DNA from: Macrostomum lignano
Taxonomy: Eukaryota
Assembly: GCA_002269645.1 (NCBI GenBank)
Contig: NIVC01001953.1
Coordinates: forward strand, 124,001 to 188,000
Length of the DNA stretch: 64,000 nt
Direction: 5' to 3'
A model generated the notes under the pieces. It worked only from the letters and a program-made list of their open reading frames with translations. It ran no database searches and was not told where the DNA came from. A program made the translations under genes and the position numbers. Position 1 is the stretch's first letter. The number at the start of each line of letters is the position of its first letter. Below are positions 1-11,915 of the stretch, piece after piece.

Positions 1-210
1 GCCGTGCAGGCGCACGGAGCGGTGCGAGTCCGGCGGCCCCGGGTCGGCGAGGATGTCGCGCAGGTCGCTGGCGTGGGTGCGAACCAAGTAAGCTTGGAAG
101 GACGCGGTCGCCGCAGCGACATCGGGGTCGACCGTCGGAGCGGCTGACTGCTGCGACTGCGGAGCGTTTTTTGACGATGGGGGTCTTTGTACACTGCGGG
201 TCTTTGTACA
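1..210 (-). CDS. MCM9: 5' part of an MCM9-like helicase, running off the window start; no in-frame ATG visible
   Basis: The minus-strand frame reads ...PSSKNAPQSQQSAAPTVDPDVAAATASFQAYLVRTHASDLRDILADPGPPDSHRSVRLHG. This aligns from memory with the MCM9 N-terminus ([33 protein letters not shown]). Codon usage is GC-rich. The start at 210 is a candidate splice acceptor, not an ATG. Confidence 0.55.
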
Positions 211-610
211 CTGCGGGTCTTTGTACACTAAGTGTTGGAAGTGTAGGTGGATCGGAATTTTGATTCTTTATTGCCTACAATGTGATATATGGGATTTCGA
301 GTCTTTGTTCCCTAGCTATTGGCAATGTGAGATATGGGATTTCGAGTCTTTATCACAAGTTCTAGATAACATTAACCATAAGAATAATAAAAAACTACAA
401 ATAATCACGTCGACAAGCCATGAGATTTTCCAACGCCTCGAGAACGGCTGGCCAAAGCAGTACGCACGCCTGCACATGTATTTAGTACTTAACGCACAAT
501 CATACTACTACTGTTCAGTAGCGTTATCGAAAATATCGCCGAATTTGAAAATGCAAATAAAAAATTCAAACAAAACGATTATCAAGTCTACTTTAAGTAG
601 CAGTAATTTA

Positions 611-3600
611 TTAGCTAGCAAGCGAGCGCAGCCGCTGAAGCAGCCAGTCGGCCTCCGGGCAGTTCAGCTGCCGCCCCGCCACCACCAGTCCGGCGGCCAG
701 GCACCGGGCCACTTCCGCATCGCCGGCCAGACCCGTGAGCAGAGCCGGAAGTTCCGGCGAATCGGCGGCCCGACGCTTCAAAGCGGCGGCAAACGAAATC
801 AAACAGACGGCGGCCGAGCTACCACCCAAAGCTGTTCCGGTTTTACTTCCGGGTTTACTTCCGGCGCCGGGAACGAGTTCGAACGGAAAGCGCGACATGA
901 CGGCGGCTGGCGGGAGGGCGCCTGCCAGCAGGAGGTCGGCGATGAGGTCGCCCAGGCGGGCCGCCCGGTCCTGCCGGGTGTCGCCAAGGGCGCCTAGCTG
1001 GTCCCAGATAGCGCAGCGCAGCGGCATGGCGAAGCGCCGGCTACCGCGCCGGACACGCAGCAGCGCGGCGGCATAAAACGGATTGTAGCTGGCCGACTCT
1101 CGAGTCGCGCATTTCAAGGCGATGCTGGCCACGTCAGCGGCGGCCGTGGCGCCGGCAGCGGTGGACATCAGGCGGAGTAGTCGGGCAGCGGCGTCGTCGG
1201 CGTCGGCGGCGCCAACCAGTGCGGCGAAGATGGCGCGCCGCTGCGGCGTCTTCAGGCCAAGCCGGGCGGCCATGGAGTCCAGGTGCCGCTGCTGGCTCTG
1301 GTTGCCGATGGCGGACGGCGTTGCGGCGGCGGCGGTTTGGACGCTTGGTGCCGGCAAATCAGGCGCCTGCGGGGTGTAGGCGGCGCCGACCAGCCACCAG
1401 CGGCCTTTGGTTGAGGCCTCGCGAACGTCGGCGAGACCGAACTCGACTGGGGTGGCCTCCGACCTGAGCAGCAGTGAGGGAGGCGAAAGCGGAATAGGTA
1501 GATAGGGCTCAGTAACCCTCTGATGAGCAACTGGTCACACTCCCAGCACCTAGTCACACTCCCAGCACCTGGTCACACTCATAACACCTGGTCACAGTCA
1601 TAACACCTGGTTACACTCATAACACCTGGTCACAGTCATAACACCTGGTCACACTCATAACACCTGGTCACAGTCATAACACCTGGTTACACTCCCAGCA
1701 CCTGGTCACACTCCCAACACCTGGTCACACTCATAACACCTGGTCACACTCCCAGCACCTGGTCACACTCATAACACCTGGTCACACTCATAACACCTGG
1801 TCACACTCATAACACCTGGTCACAGTCATAACACCTGGTTACACTCCCAGCACCTGATCACACTCCCAGCACCTGGTCACACTCATAACACCTGGTCACA
1901 CTCCCAGCACCTGGTCACACTCATAACACCTGGTCACACTCCCAGCACCTGGTCACACTCATAACACCTGGTCACAGTCATAACACCTGGTCACACTCCC
2001 AGCACCTGGTCACACTCCCAGCACCTGGTCACACTCATAACACCTGGTTACACTCCCAGCACCTGGTCACACTCCCAGCACCTGGTCACACTCAGCACCT
2101 GGTCACACTCCCAGCACCTGGTCACACTCATAACACCTGGTCACAGTCATAACACCTGGTCACACTCTCAGCACCTGGTCACACTCTCAGCACCTGGTCA
2201 CACTCATACCACCTGGTCACACTCCCAGCACCTGGTCACAATCCCAGCACCTGGTCACACTCCCAGCACCTGGTCACACTCCCAGCACCTGGTCACACTC
2301 CCAGCACCTGGTCACACTGCCAGCACCTGGTCACACTCCCAGCACCTGGTCACACTCCCAGCACCTGGTCACACTGCCAGCACCTGGTCACACTCCCAGC
2401 ACCTGGTCACACTCCCAGCACCTGGTCAAACTCCCAGCACCTGGTCACAATCCCAGCACCTGGACCTGCCCAGTTTACCTGGCCAGCTGCCGCACAGCCT
2501 TCCTCGCCCGCTCCACATACTCGCAGTCGTAGCCGGGAATCTTCCTATAATTATTATTTCGCACCGCCTGCAGCAGCTCTAACAGGAAGCGACCCCGCGA
2601 CGCCTCGCCGCCGAGCTGCTCAGCCAGGCCGTCGCGTTCTGCCCGCTGCTGCAGGCCGTCCAGCAGGCCGCGCATTCTGGCGCCGTCGAGACGCCGAAGC
2701 TGCAGTCCGGCGTGCCGCAGGCAGAGGACAAGAGCGTCCAGAGCCGGCTCCGTGGCCAGGTCCGCCAGCAGCTGCAGCAGGTCGAAGGGCAGGCGGCCGG
2801 AGATGACGCCAAGCCAGCAGAGGAACATGGCCAGCAGCAGCAGGTTGTGGCTGGCCTTGCCGCCCGTCTCCAGGCCGCGTGACAGCGACTAGAAGAAGAA
2901 TTAAATGTGTGCCGGGGCTTTTACGGAGACCCGATGCGTAAGATCCCACCCCCATTTCATCTGCGACACTGTGAGATCCCACCCTCCATCTCATCTGCGA
3001 CACTATCTGATCTCACCCCTCATCTCATCTCTGACAGTGAGATCTCACCCTCCATCTCATCTCTGAAACTGTAAGATACTACCCTCCCTCACATCTCGGA
3101 CACTGTGAGATACCACCCTTCCTCTCATCTCTGACACTGAGATACCACCCTCCCTCTCATCTCTGACACTGTGAGATCCCACCGTCCCTCTCATCTCTGA
3201 CCCTGCGAGATACCACCCTCCCTCTCATCTCTGCATCTCTGACACTGTAGATACCACCCTATCATCTCCGACACTGTGAGATACCACCCTCTATCTCATC
3301 TCTGACACTGTGAGATCCCACCGTCCCTCTCATCTCTGACCCTGCGAGATACCACCCTCCCTCTCATCTCTGCATCTCTGACACTGTAGATACCACCCTA
3401 TCATCTCCGACACTGTGAGATACCACCCTCTATCTCATCTCCGACACTGCGAGATCCCACCCTCCCTCTCATCTCTGCATCTCTGACACTGTGAGGTACC
3501 ACCCTTTCATCTCCGACACTGTGAGATACCACCCTCCATCTCATCTCTGACACTGTGAGATACCACCCTCCCTCTCATCTCCGACTTTGTGAGATACCAC

Positions 3601-4579
3601 CCTCCATTTCATCTGCGGCACTGTGAGATTTCATCTCCCTGTCCTCTATCTCAGATACTGTGAGATCCCACCCCCTGCCCTCTATCTCAGACACTGTGAG
3701 ATCCTATCTTCCCCAACCAACCTCCGCATCAGTTCCCAGCCGCATCGCCAGCGCCTCGGCCAGGTGCGCGCCCAGCTCGCAGCCGGTGACGTTGGCGCAC
3801 ACGATGGCCACCAGGGAAGCCTGATCAACCAGCATCCGATCAGACATGGGCTCGCCCGAATTGGCCGCCACATCTAGCAACAGCTCGGACAGTGTCCGAG
3901 TGGCCGGAGCTCGCGGACTGGACAAGTAGACAGATTCCAGCTCGGCCGAGACCCGAGCTAGCACCCTCTCGCTGACCCTGTTAACCAGGCCGCGCATCCT
4001 CCTACGCAGCTGGTTCAGCAGCTCCTCGGACTCCACGGAGTCCACCAGCTGCTCAGCGCTTGTCGACGGCTTGACGCCGCTGGTGGCCAAGTCGCGGCCG
4101 TACAGGTCCGGCTTCTTTGGCGCCGGCTCGGCCACCTGCTCCTCTTCCTTTTGTTCTACACTGTCCTCTTCTGCTTCTGCTCCAACAGAACTGATCCGGC
4201 GTCTCTTGGCTTTCTTTGTCTTCTTCATTTGTTGCTTGGTTTTTGCTGCCTCCGAGGCGGCGCGCAGCTGGCTGTAGTACTCGGCGCTCTCCGGACACTC
4301 CCTGACGATCTCGGCCACCCTGGCCTCGTCGAATGGATTTTTATCCCGAAGATCGTTGTCGTCGCCGTCATCTTTGTCGCTGTCGCCGCCTACAATATCC
4401 AGCAGGTAGTCCAGGCCGGTGTCTTTGAACACTTTCGGAAGGCGGGCCTGCGATTTCCGGCGCTTGTTGAGCTTCAGCAGGCGGGAGTATCGTCGGATTT
4501 CCGCCTCGTCCTGGGCGATGCCTTCGCGGAGTTGGCGCCGCTGCCACTTCCTGGCGCTGCCGGTGCCGGTCTTGGTCAT
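611..4579 (-). CDS. NOM1: Nucleolar MIF4G/MA3 domain protein NOM1 (Sgd1); exons 4579-3722, 2888-2479, 1463-611; about 706 aa
   Basis: Three exons join at GT-AG sites with consistent phases (858+410+853=2121 nt). NOM1-type motifs are present: EAEIRRYSRLLKLNK, SRGRFLLELLQAVRNNNYRK, STKGRWWLVGAA and SYNPFYA. Confidence 0.9.
1530..2465. repeat. 19-bp minisatellite (CACCTGGTCACACTCCCAG / ...CATAA) filling NOM1 intron 2
   Basis: The tandem array is directly visible, with two alternating unit variants. Confidence 0.95.
2935..3700. repeat. Degenerate ~30-35-bp minisatellite (CTGACACTGTGAGATACCACCCTCCCTCTCAT) in NOM1 intron 1
   Basis: The core GACACTGTGAGATACCACCCT recurs throughout the segment. Confidence 0.85.
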
Positions 4580-4737
4580 TGCGGCCGGGCGGCTGTGGCG
4601 GTCTGGAGCATGGGATTGGGAGATTGGGGATGTTCAGTAAAACTTATGAGAAATGCATGCAGTGCTGTCTATCATTGATTGAGGATTTGAATATCAACTT
4701 TGGGGCGGGGGGCACTTCCTGTTGGGAAGAGCTAGAA

Positions 4738-4990
4738 CCCTGGAAGCGGTAAACGCGTCTGCGAATCTCGCACCATGACCCCTGGTTCGATTCCGTGCGC
4801 AAACAAATTCGATTCACGCCCAGGATGTACTTCGTACAAGGACAACCCCTAAGACACGATTAGTAAGTCAGGGCCGCTGTGTACACTCTGTGTGAGCGTG
4901 TGTGAGTGAGTGCCTGCGTACAGTATTGGCGAGCTTGTATGTGCTCAGGACGATGTCGACAAAGGCGTTACGCCAGGGTCCCCTGAGCCC
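4738..4990 (+). mobile_element. Putative tRNA-derived SINE, family B
   Basis: A B-box GGTTCGATTCC lies at about 4785. The body GGGCCGCTG..TACACTC..GTGTGAG..GTGCCTGCGTAC..GCTTGTATG..CTCAGG recurs at 48425-48570. Confidence 0.4.
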
Positions 4991-5489
4991 TCCTGGGAAT
5001 ACTTATATATTCATACATACAAGAAGTAGTGCAGAGTAAAGAGCAAGCACAAATGTCACATGTATTTCAGTTTAGAAACAGTTAGGAAATCCTGGCATCA
5101 TTTGATAAGCGGCTCTTAAAAATTTGATACTTATTTACAGGAAACATTTTAACATGAATTTTGATCGCCCAAACAACAACCAAAACAATACACGATGGCG
5201 CACAATTGGAAGTGATGAAATCGACTAAATTATTTATTTTTCTCTAAATAAAAGTTTTAATTAGCAAAACTATTGACACAAAAAAGCGAAGCGTTAAAAA
5301 AGAATATCTGGTTAGAAATTGACTGACACAAATGACACAAGTTGAATATCAATACACCGCATCACACCAATAAGACAATATGAGAACCAGTACCGTTTGC
5401 AAGGAAATCAGGACTTTGAAACAAAATTGTAAAAAACAAACAGCTTTTTTGATCACATTTGAAAGCAAACTTAGAATGCTGGCGCTCGA

Positions 5490-6130
5490 ATTTGTGTCAG
5501 GCGTGTGCAGATTTGTGTCAGGAGTGTGTAGAATTGTGTCAGGAGTGTGTAGATTTGTGTCAGGCGTGTGCAGATTTGTGTCAGGCGTGTGCAGATTTGT
5601 GTCAGGAGTGTGTAGAATTGTGTCAGGAGTGTGTAGATTTGTGTCAGGCGTGTGCAGATTTGTGTCAGGAGTGTGTAGAATTGTGTCAGGAGTGTGTAGA
5701 TTTGTGTCAGGCGTGTGCAGATTTGTGTCAGGAGTGTGTAGAATTGTGTCAGGAGTGTGTAGATTTGTGTCAGGCGTGTGCAGATTTGTGTCAGGAGTGT
5801 GTAGAATTGTGTCAGGAGTGTGTAGATTTGTGTCAGGCGTGTGCAGATTTGTGTCAGGAGTGTGTAGAATTGTGTCAGGAGTGTGTAGATTTGTGTTAGG
5901 AGTGTGTAGATTTGTGTCAGGAGTGTGTAGAATTGTGTCAGGAGTGTGTAGATTTGTGTCAGGAGTGTGTAGAATTGTGTCAGGAGTGTGTAGATTTGTG
6001 TTAGGAGTGTGTAGATTTTTGTCAAGTGCGTGTAGATTTGTCAGACATGTGTAAATTTGTGTCAGGAGTGTGTAGATTTGTCAGGAGTGTGTAGATTTGT
6101 GTCAGGTGTGTGTATATTTGTGTCAGGCGT
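5490..6130. repeat. 21-bp minisatellite (TGTGTCAGGAGTGTGTAGATT)
   Basis: Tandem array that accounts for the VSGVCRF and TQIYTLL pseudo-ORFs. Confidence 0.95.
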
Positions 6131-6544
6131 TTTTAAATATTCATGTCAGGAGTGTAAAAATTGGTGTTAGGAACAAAACTTAATAGCATAAATGTAAACA
6201 AAAAACTTGCTCTTAAATGAAAGAAAGTCACAAAAATCTAAAAAGCCAGAAAACTTGTTCATAAATCACAAAAATGACAAAACAGAAACTATAAAAATGG
6301 AAGATGACTGATCAGTGTGAAGCTTGAAGGACTTTGACAATAATTGATCTAAGAATAATAATCATTTATTATGCAGAAAAATTAGTAAAGAAAAATACAG
6401 ATTCAGGGAATACTAACCAAGGAAATTAGGAAAGTATAGACAGGATACAAAATATAATATCTAGCATCAGAATAAATGTGTGGCCTTGAACCTGACAATC
6501 AAATTAAGCTAGCACATAATTAGGATATTCATGCGAACAGAACC

Positions 6545-7205
<661 letters not shown>

Positions 7206-7664
7206 GGACAGTAACGGACAAACCAATAACATGAAATAGAAAAATGTAGTATGTTTTCTATACAATAAGCTTTCTGCAAATAAAAAAAACAAAATAATTA
7301 CAGTGCAGATTGAAAACAAAAAAGAAGGCAAGAAAGTCAAATGTATTGAAAAACTGCGCGTTCATTTATGTACTTTCTAAACACGTAGTACTGTTTTCTC
7401 AATCACAGAGGAGGAGGACCGGCCTTTCTAACGTTAGCAACACGTTCGTTCCATTACTCGTACACTAGCAACGATTGCTCATTAATACAAACACTCATTG
7501 ACATTGGCAACAGCTTCAGCTATCTTAGCAACCATGTTTCATTTACCGCAGTAATCTTACTCATTGCTTTAAGCTGAGGCGGCCATTTTCATTAATTTTA
7601 GTAATAATCTTTAGAGTCAATTATCAACTATTGATCTCAGCAATCATACTTATAGCCCTTCCGC

Positions 7665-7875
7665 TTCTGCTACCCTTGCAACAACCTCCGCTGCCTTAGC
7701 AACGGCTTGAGCAACCTTAGCAACAACGTCCGCTGCCTTAGGAACGGCCTTAGCAACCATAGCAACAACCTCCGCTGCCTTAGCAACGGCCTTTGCGACC
7801 ATAGAAACAAGCTCCGCTGCCTTAGCAACAACCTTTGCGACCATAGCAACAACCTCCGCTGCCTTAGCAATGGCC
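7665..7875. repeat. Degenerate ~33-bp repeat with core CCGCTGCCTTAGCAAC
   Basis: About six imperfect copies. Confidence 0.8.
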
Positions 7876-7884
7876 TGTGCGATT

Positions 7885-8015
7885 ATTAGCTGGGGTAATT
7901 GAGGGTGTGTGGCGACCCCCCCAGTCCTTAGACAGAACAGCCGTACGCAGCCTTCAGATGCGCCGCGCCATAGCTGCGGCTGAGCTGTCGGTTGCACATT
8001 TGGCCTTTAGGGCAG
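7885..8015 (+). mobile_element. 5'-truncated copy of SINE family A (3' half only)
   Basis: The sequence ATTAGCTGGGG...CGTACGCAGCCTTCAGATGCGCCGCGC.ATAGCTGCGGCTGAGCTGTCGGTTGCACAT...TAGGGCAG matches the reverse complement of 29023-29165. Confidence 0.75.
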
Positions 8016-8099
8016 GTGTAATCCATCATACTATTATTATTATTACCATCAAACCCTTACAACAGTTCTCACTGGCCCTAGCAACAGTCCTCACTGGCC

Positions 8100-8813
8100 C
8101 TAGCAACAGCCTCCATTTCCTTTCCCATTAGAATCATCGCCGATCCGGAAGGCCGAGTCGGCAAAAGTGCCGTAGGGAGCGTAGCCGACTCGAATTCCGT
8201 CCCAGTCGGCGCCGTTTCCGTTCCCGACACCGCCGCCTCCGCGACCCAGCTTGCCATCGTAACTGCCGGCAGCGAACTGGCTGTACACCAGCTGAGCCAA
8301 ATGACAAAACGTAGCGTCAATATTCAAGCCGCTGACCGCGGAAGTCTCCATATAGGGCACGCCCAGCTGGGCGGCCATGTAGGCAGCTTCGTCTGCTCCA
8401 ACCCGGCGTAGCGCGGGCGGCAGATCGGCCTTCTGACCGACTAGCAGGCAGCAGGCGTGCTCGCTAGCCATGCACCGTCTGGCTTCGGCGTGCCAGGCCG
8501 GCACGGCCTCAAAGCTGGCCCGACAGCCGACGTCGAAGACGATGAGAGCGGCGACAGCGTTGCGATAGTAGGACCGGGTGATGGAGCGGAACTTCTCCTG
8601 GCCGGCGGTGTCCCACAGGGTCAGCTTCACCCGGCGGCCGTCAGACAATTGGACGGTGCGAGCGAAAAAGTCGACGCCAACTGTTGGCTCGCAGGACAGC
8701 TGCTGCGGGGCGCCGTCCTCGACAAAGTGGCGAACTAGCGAGGACTTGCCGACCATGGTGTTGCCGATCACTATCACGCGGAACTGATAGTCGAATAGCG
8801 GCCTTACAATCAT
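8100..8813 (-). CDS. RAB39: Intronless Rab39-like small GTPase, 237 aa
   Basis: Motifs include YQFRVIVIG-x4-GKS, PTVGVDFFAR, WDTAGQEKFRSITRSYYRN, ETSA, a DGIRVG motif like Rab39 EGVKSG, and a C-terminal CC prenylation site. Confidence 0.8.
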   Translation of the reverse strand: MIVRPLFDYQFRVIVIGNTMVGKSSLVRHFVEDGAPQQLSCEPTVGVDFFARTVQLSDGRRVKLTLWDTAGQEKFRSITRSYYRNAVAALIVFDVGCRASFEAVPAWHAEARRCMASEHACCLLVGQKADLPPALRRVGADEAAYMAAQLGVPYMETSAVSGLNIDATFCHLAQLVYSQFAAGSYDGKLGRGGGGVGNGNGADWDGIRVGYAPYGTFADSAFRIGDDSNGKGNGGCC

Positions 8814-8989
8814 GCTGCAGGCCGGAGCTGTGCGATTGCGACTGGGCCTGCTTCAGAGGAGCAAGCGGAGGAGAGGGGAGCGGGGAACAGACTATGGGTA
8901 ATATACTAGAGGTGGAGCAGAAAAGAGCACAGTAAGTGTAAACAAAAGCGATGAGATGAGAAAAAGGAGATCGGATATGAGATGATATA

Positions 8990-11272
8990 GGAAGAGAAGT
9001 AGAGGAAGGAGAGAAGAGGAAGGAGAGAAGAGAGAGGAGAGGAGAGGGAGCGGAGGAAAGGAGAGGAGAGGGAGCGGAGGAAAGGAGAGGAGAGGGAAGA
9101 GAGGGAGGAGAGGGAGGAAACGAGAGGAGGAGAGGAGAGAGAGGAGGAGAGGAGATGGAGGAGAAGAGAGGAGGAGGAGGAGAGGAGAGGAAGGAGAGGA
9201 GAGGGAGCGGAGGAAAGGAGAGGAGAGGGAGCGGAGGAAAGGAGAGGAGAGGGAGCGGAGGAAAGGAGAGGAGAGGGAAGAGAGGGAGGAGAGGGAGGAA
9301 ACGAGAGGAGGAGAGGAGAGGAGAGGAGGAGAGGAGATGGAGGAGAAGAGAGGAGGAGGAGGAGAGGAGAGGGAGGAGAGGAGAGGGAGGAGAGGAGAGG
9401 GAGGAGAGGGAGGAGGAGAGGAGAGGGAGGAGAGGAGAGGGAGGAGAGGAGAGGGAGGAGAGGAGAGGGAGGAGAGGAGAGGGACGAGAGGAGAGGGAGG
9501 AGAGGAGAGGGAGGAGAGGAGAGGGAGGAGAGGAGAGGAGGAGAGGAGAGGAGAGGAGGAGAGGAGAGAAGAGGAAGGAGAGGAGAGGGAGGAGAGGAGA
9601 GGGAGGAGAGGAGAGGGAGGAGAGGAGAGGGAGGAGAGAAGAGGAAGGAGAGAAGAGAGAGGAGAGGAGAGGGAGCGGAGGAAAGGAGAGGAGAGGGAAG
9701 AGAGGGAGGAGAGGGAGGAGAGGGAGGAAACGAGAGGAGGAGAGGAGAGGAGAGGAGGAGAGGAGAGAAGAGGAAGGAGAGGAGAGGAGAGGGAGGAGAG
9801 GAGAGGAGGAGAGGAGAGGGAGAGAGGAGAGGGAGGAGAGGAGAGGAGGAGAGGAGAGGAGAGGAGGAGAGGAGAGGAGAGGAGGAGAGGAGACGGAGGA
9901 GAAGAGAGGAGGAGAGGAGAGAAGAGGAAGGAGAGGAGACGGAGGAGAAGAGAGGAGGAGAGGAGAGAAGAGGAAGGAGAGGAGAGGGAGGAGAGGAGAG
10001 GGAGGAGAGGAGAGGGAGGAGGAGAGGAGAGGAGAGGAGAGGAGGAGAGGAGAGGAGAGGAAGAGGAGAGGAGGAGAGGAGGAGAGGAGAGGAGGAGAGG
10101 AGAGGAGAGGAGGAGAGGAGAGGGAGGAGAGGAGAGGGAGGAGAGGAGAGGGAGGAGAGGGAGGAGAGGAGAGGAGAGGGAGGAGAGGAGAGGGAGGAGA
10201 GGAGAGGGAGGAGAGGAGAGGGAGGAGAGGAGAGGGACGAGAGGAGAGGAGGAGAGGAGAGGAGGAGAGGAGAGGGAGGAGAGGAGAGGGAGGAGAGGAG
10301 ACGGAGGAGAGGAGAGGAGGAGAGGAGAGAAGAGGAAGGAGAGGAGAGGGAGGAGAGGAGAGGGAGGAGAGGAGAGGGAGGAGAGGAGAGGGAGGAGAGA
10401 AGAGGAAGGAGAGAAGAGAGAGGAGAGGAGAGGGAGCGGAGGAAAGGAGAGGAGAGGGAAGAGAGGGAGGAGAGGGAGGAGAGGGAGGAAACGAGAGGAG
10501 GAGAGGAGAGGAGAGGAGGAGAGGAGAGGGAGGAGAGGAGAGGGAGGAGAGGAGAGAGGAGGGAGAGGAGAGGAGGAGAGAGAGAGGAGAGGAGAGGAGG
10601 AGAGAGAGAGGAGGAGAGGAGAGGAGGAAGGAGAGGAGACGGAGAGAGAGGAGGAGAGGAGGAGAGGAGAGGAGAGGAGAGGAGAGGAGAGAGGAGAGGA
10701 GGAGAGGAGAGAGGAGAGGAGAGAGAGAGGAGAGGAGGAGGGAGAGGAGGAGAGGAGAGGGAGGAGAGGAGAGGAGGAGAGGGAGGAGAGGAGAGAGGAG
10801 AGGAGAGGGAGAGAGAGAGGAGGAGAGGAGAGAGAGAGAGAGGAGGAGAGGAGAGGGAGAGAGGAGAGGAGGAGAGGAGAGGAGGAGAGGAGAGAGAGAG
10901 GAGAGGAGAGAGAGGAGAGGAGGAGGAGAGGAGAGGAGAGAGAGGAGAGGAGAGAGAGAGAGAGGAGAGAGAGGAGAGAGGAGGAGAGAGAGAGAGAGGA
11001 GAGAGAGAGGAGGAGGAGAGGAGAGGAGAGAGAGAGAGGAGAGGAGGAGAGGAGAGGAGAGGAGAGGAGAGGAGAGGAGAGGAGGAGGAGGAGAGGAGGA
11101 GGAGAGGAGAGGAGAGAGGAGAGGAGAGGAGAGGAGAGGAGAGGAGAGGAGAGGAGAGGAGGAGGAGAGGAGAGAGGAGAGAGAGGAGAGGAGAGGAGAG
11201 GAGAGGAGAGGAGAGGAGGAGAGGGGAGAGGAGGAGAGGAGGAGAGGAGAGGAGAAGAGGAGAGGAGATGAG
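8990..11272. repeat. ~2.3-kb polypurine (GGAGA/GAGGA)n low-complexity array
   Basis: The plus strand is almost entirely G and A, with some higher-order blocks repeated. Confidence 0.97.
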
Positions 11273-11915
11273 AGTGAAGCCAGCAATGTCTCCTAGGCCA
11301 CCAAATCTTCAATAGCTATCATAATCATACTCGTACATAAAAAGCAAGAAGCAGAAAGAAGTAAAGCGAAACACCTTTTAGTAGAAAGTGACGAGACCGC
11401 AACCCCAGCGGTTCGCAGAATATATTTAAATCAGAGTAATATATCAGACAGAATAAAGTTCAGATCAGTTATAGCATGAATAAAAATCAGATAAAAATGC
11501 GAAATGTCTACCGAGAATAAAAAAGAATGCAAGTAATTTTAAAATTTCTTACTAAATCATCCATCCAATGTAAAAGAAAATCTGATATTTAAAATTGCAA
11601 ATATAACGATGATATTATTTTGTAAAATTTTATCGTACACAAATCGTAGGCAGATAGGGTACTTGGTGCTGGCGCTCCCACGATGGCACCCCCCCCCCCA
11701 AATTAAAAGCTGCGCTCTTTGAAGAGGGGGAGCTGAATAAAAAGGAATATTAAAGGAATGCAGAAGGGTCTCATAATATGCGAGTTAATTTTTTATCGAC
11801 AAATATTTAAACCAGAGAGAGGACAAAAATGTTCTCAAATTATTGCTCTTGCACTTATCATAAACAGCAAAATATTTACTTCTATACATATCGGCTGCAG
11901 TAAGCGAATCAATAT

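Noticed and set aside
221-997. 258-aa plus-strand ORF and other GC-rich ORFs overlapping NOM1, Rab39, the RING gene and ABCG2
   Set aside because: They are antisense or shifted-frame shadows of real GC-rich exons and have no recognisable motifs.
4738-4810. tRNA gene (B-box GGTTCGATTCC); similar boxes at 29250 and 61368
   Set aside because: No complete cloverleaf could be folded. These are better explained as SINE heads or chance matches.
8641-11312. 640-880-aa Ser/Leu/Pro or Glu/Arg ORFs
   Set aside because: They are stop-free only because the tract is pure G/A.
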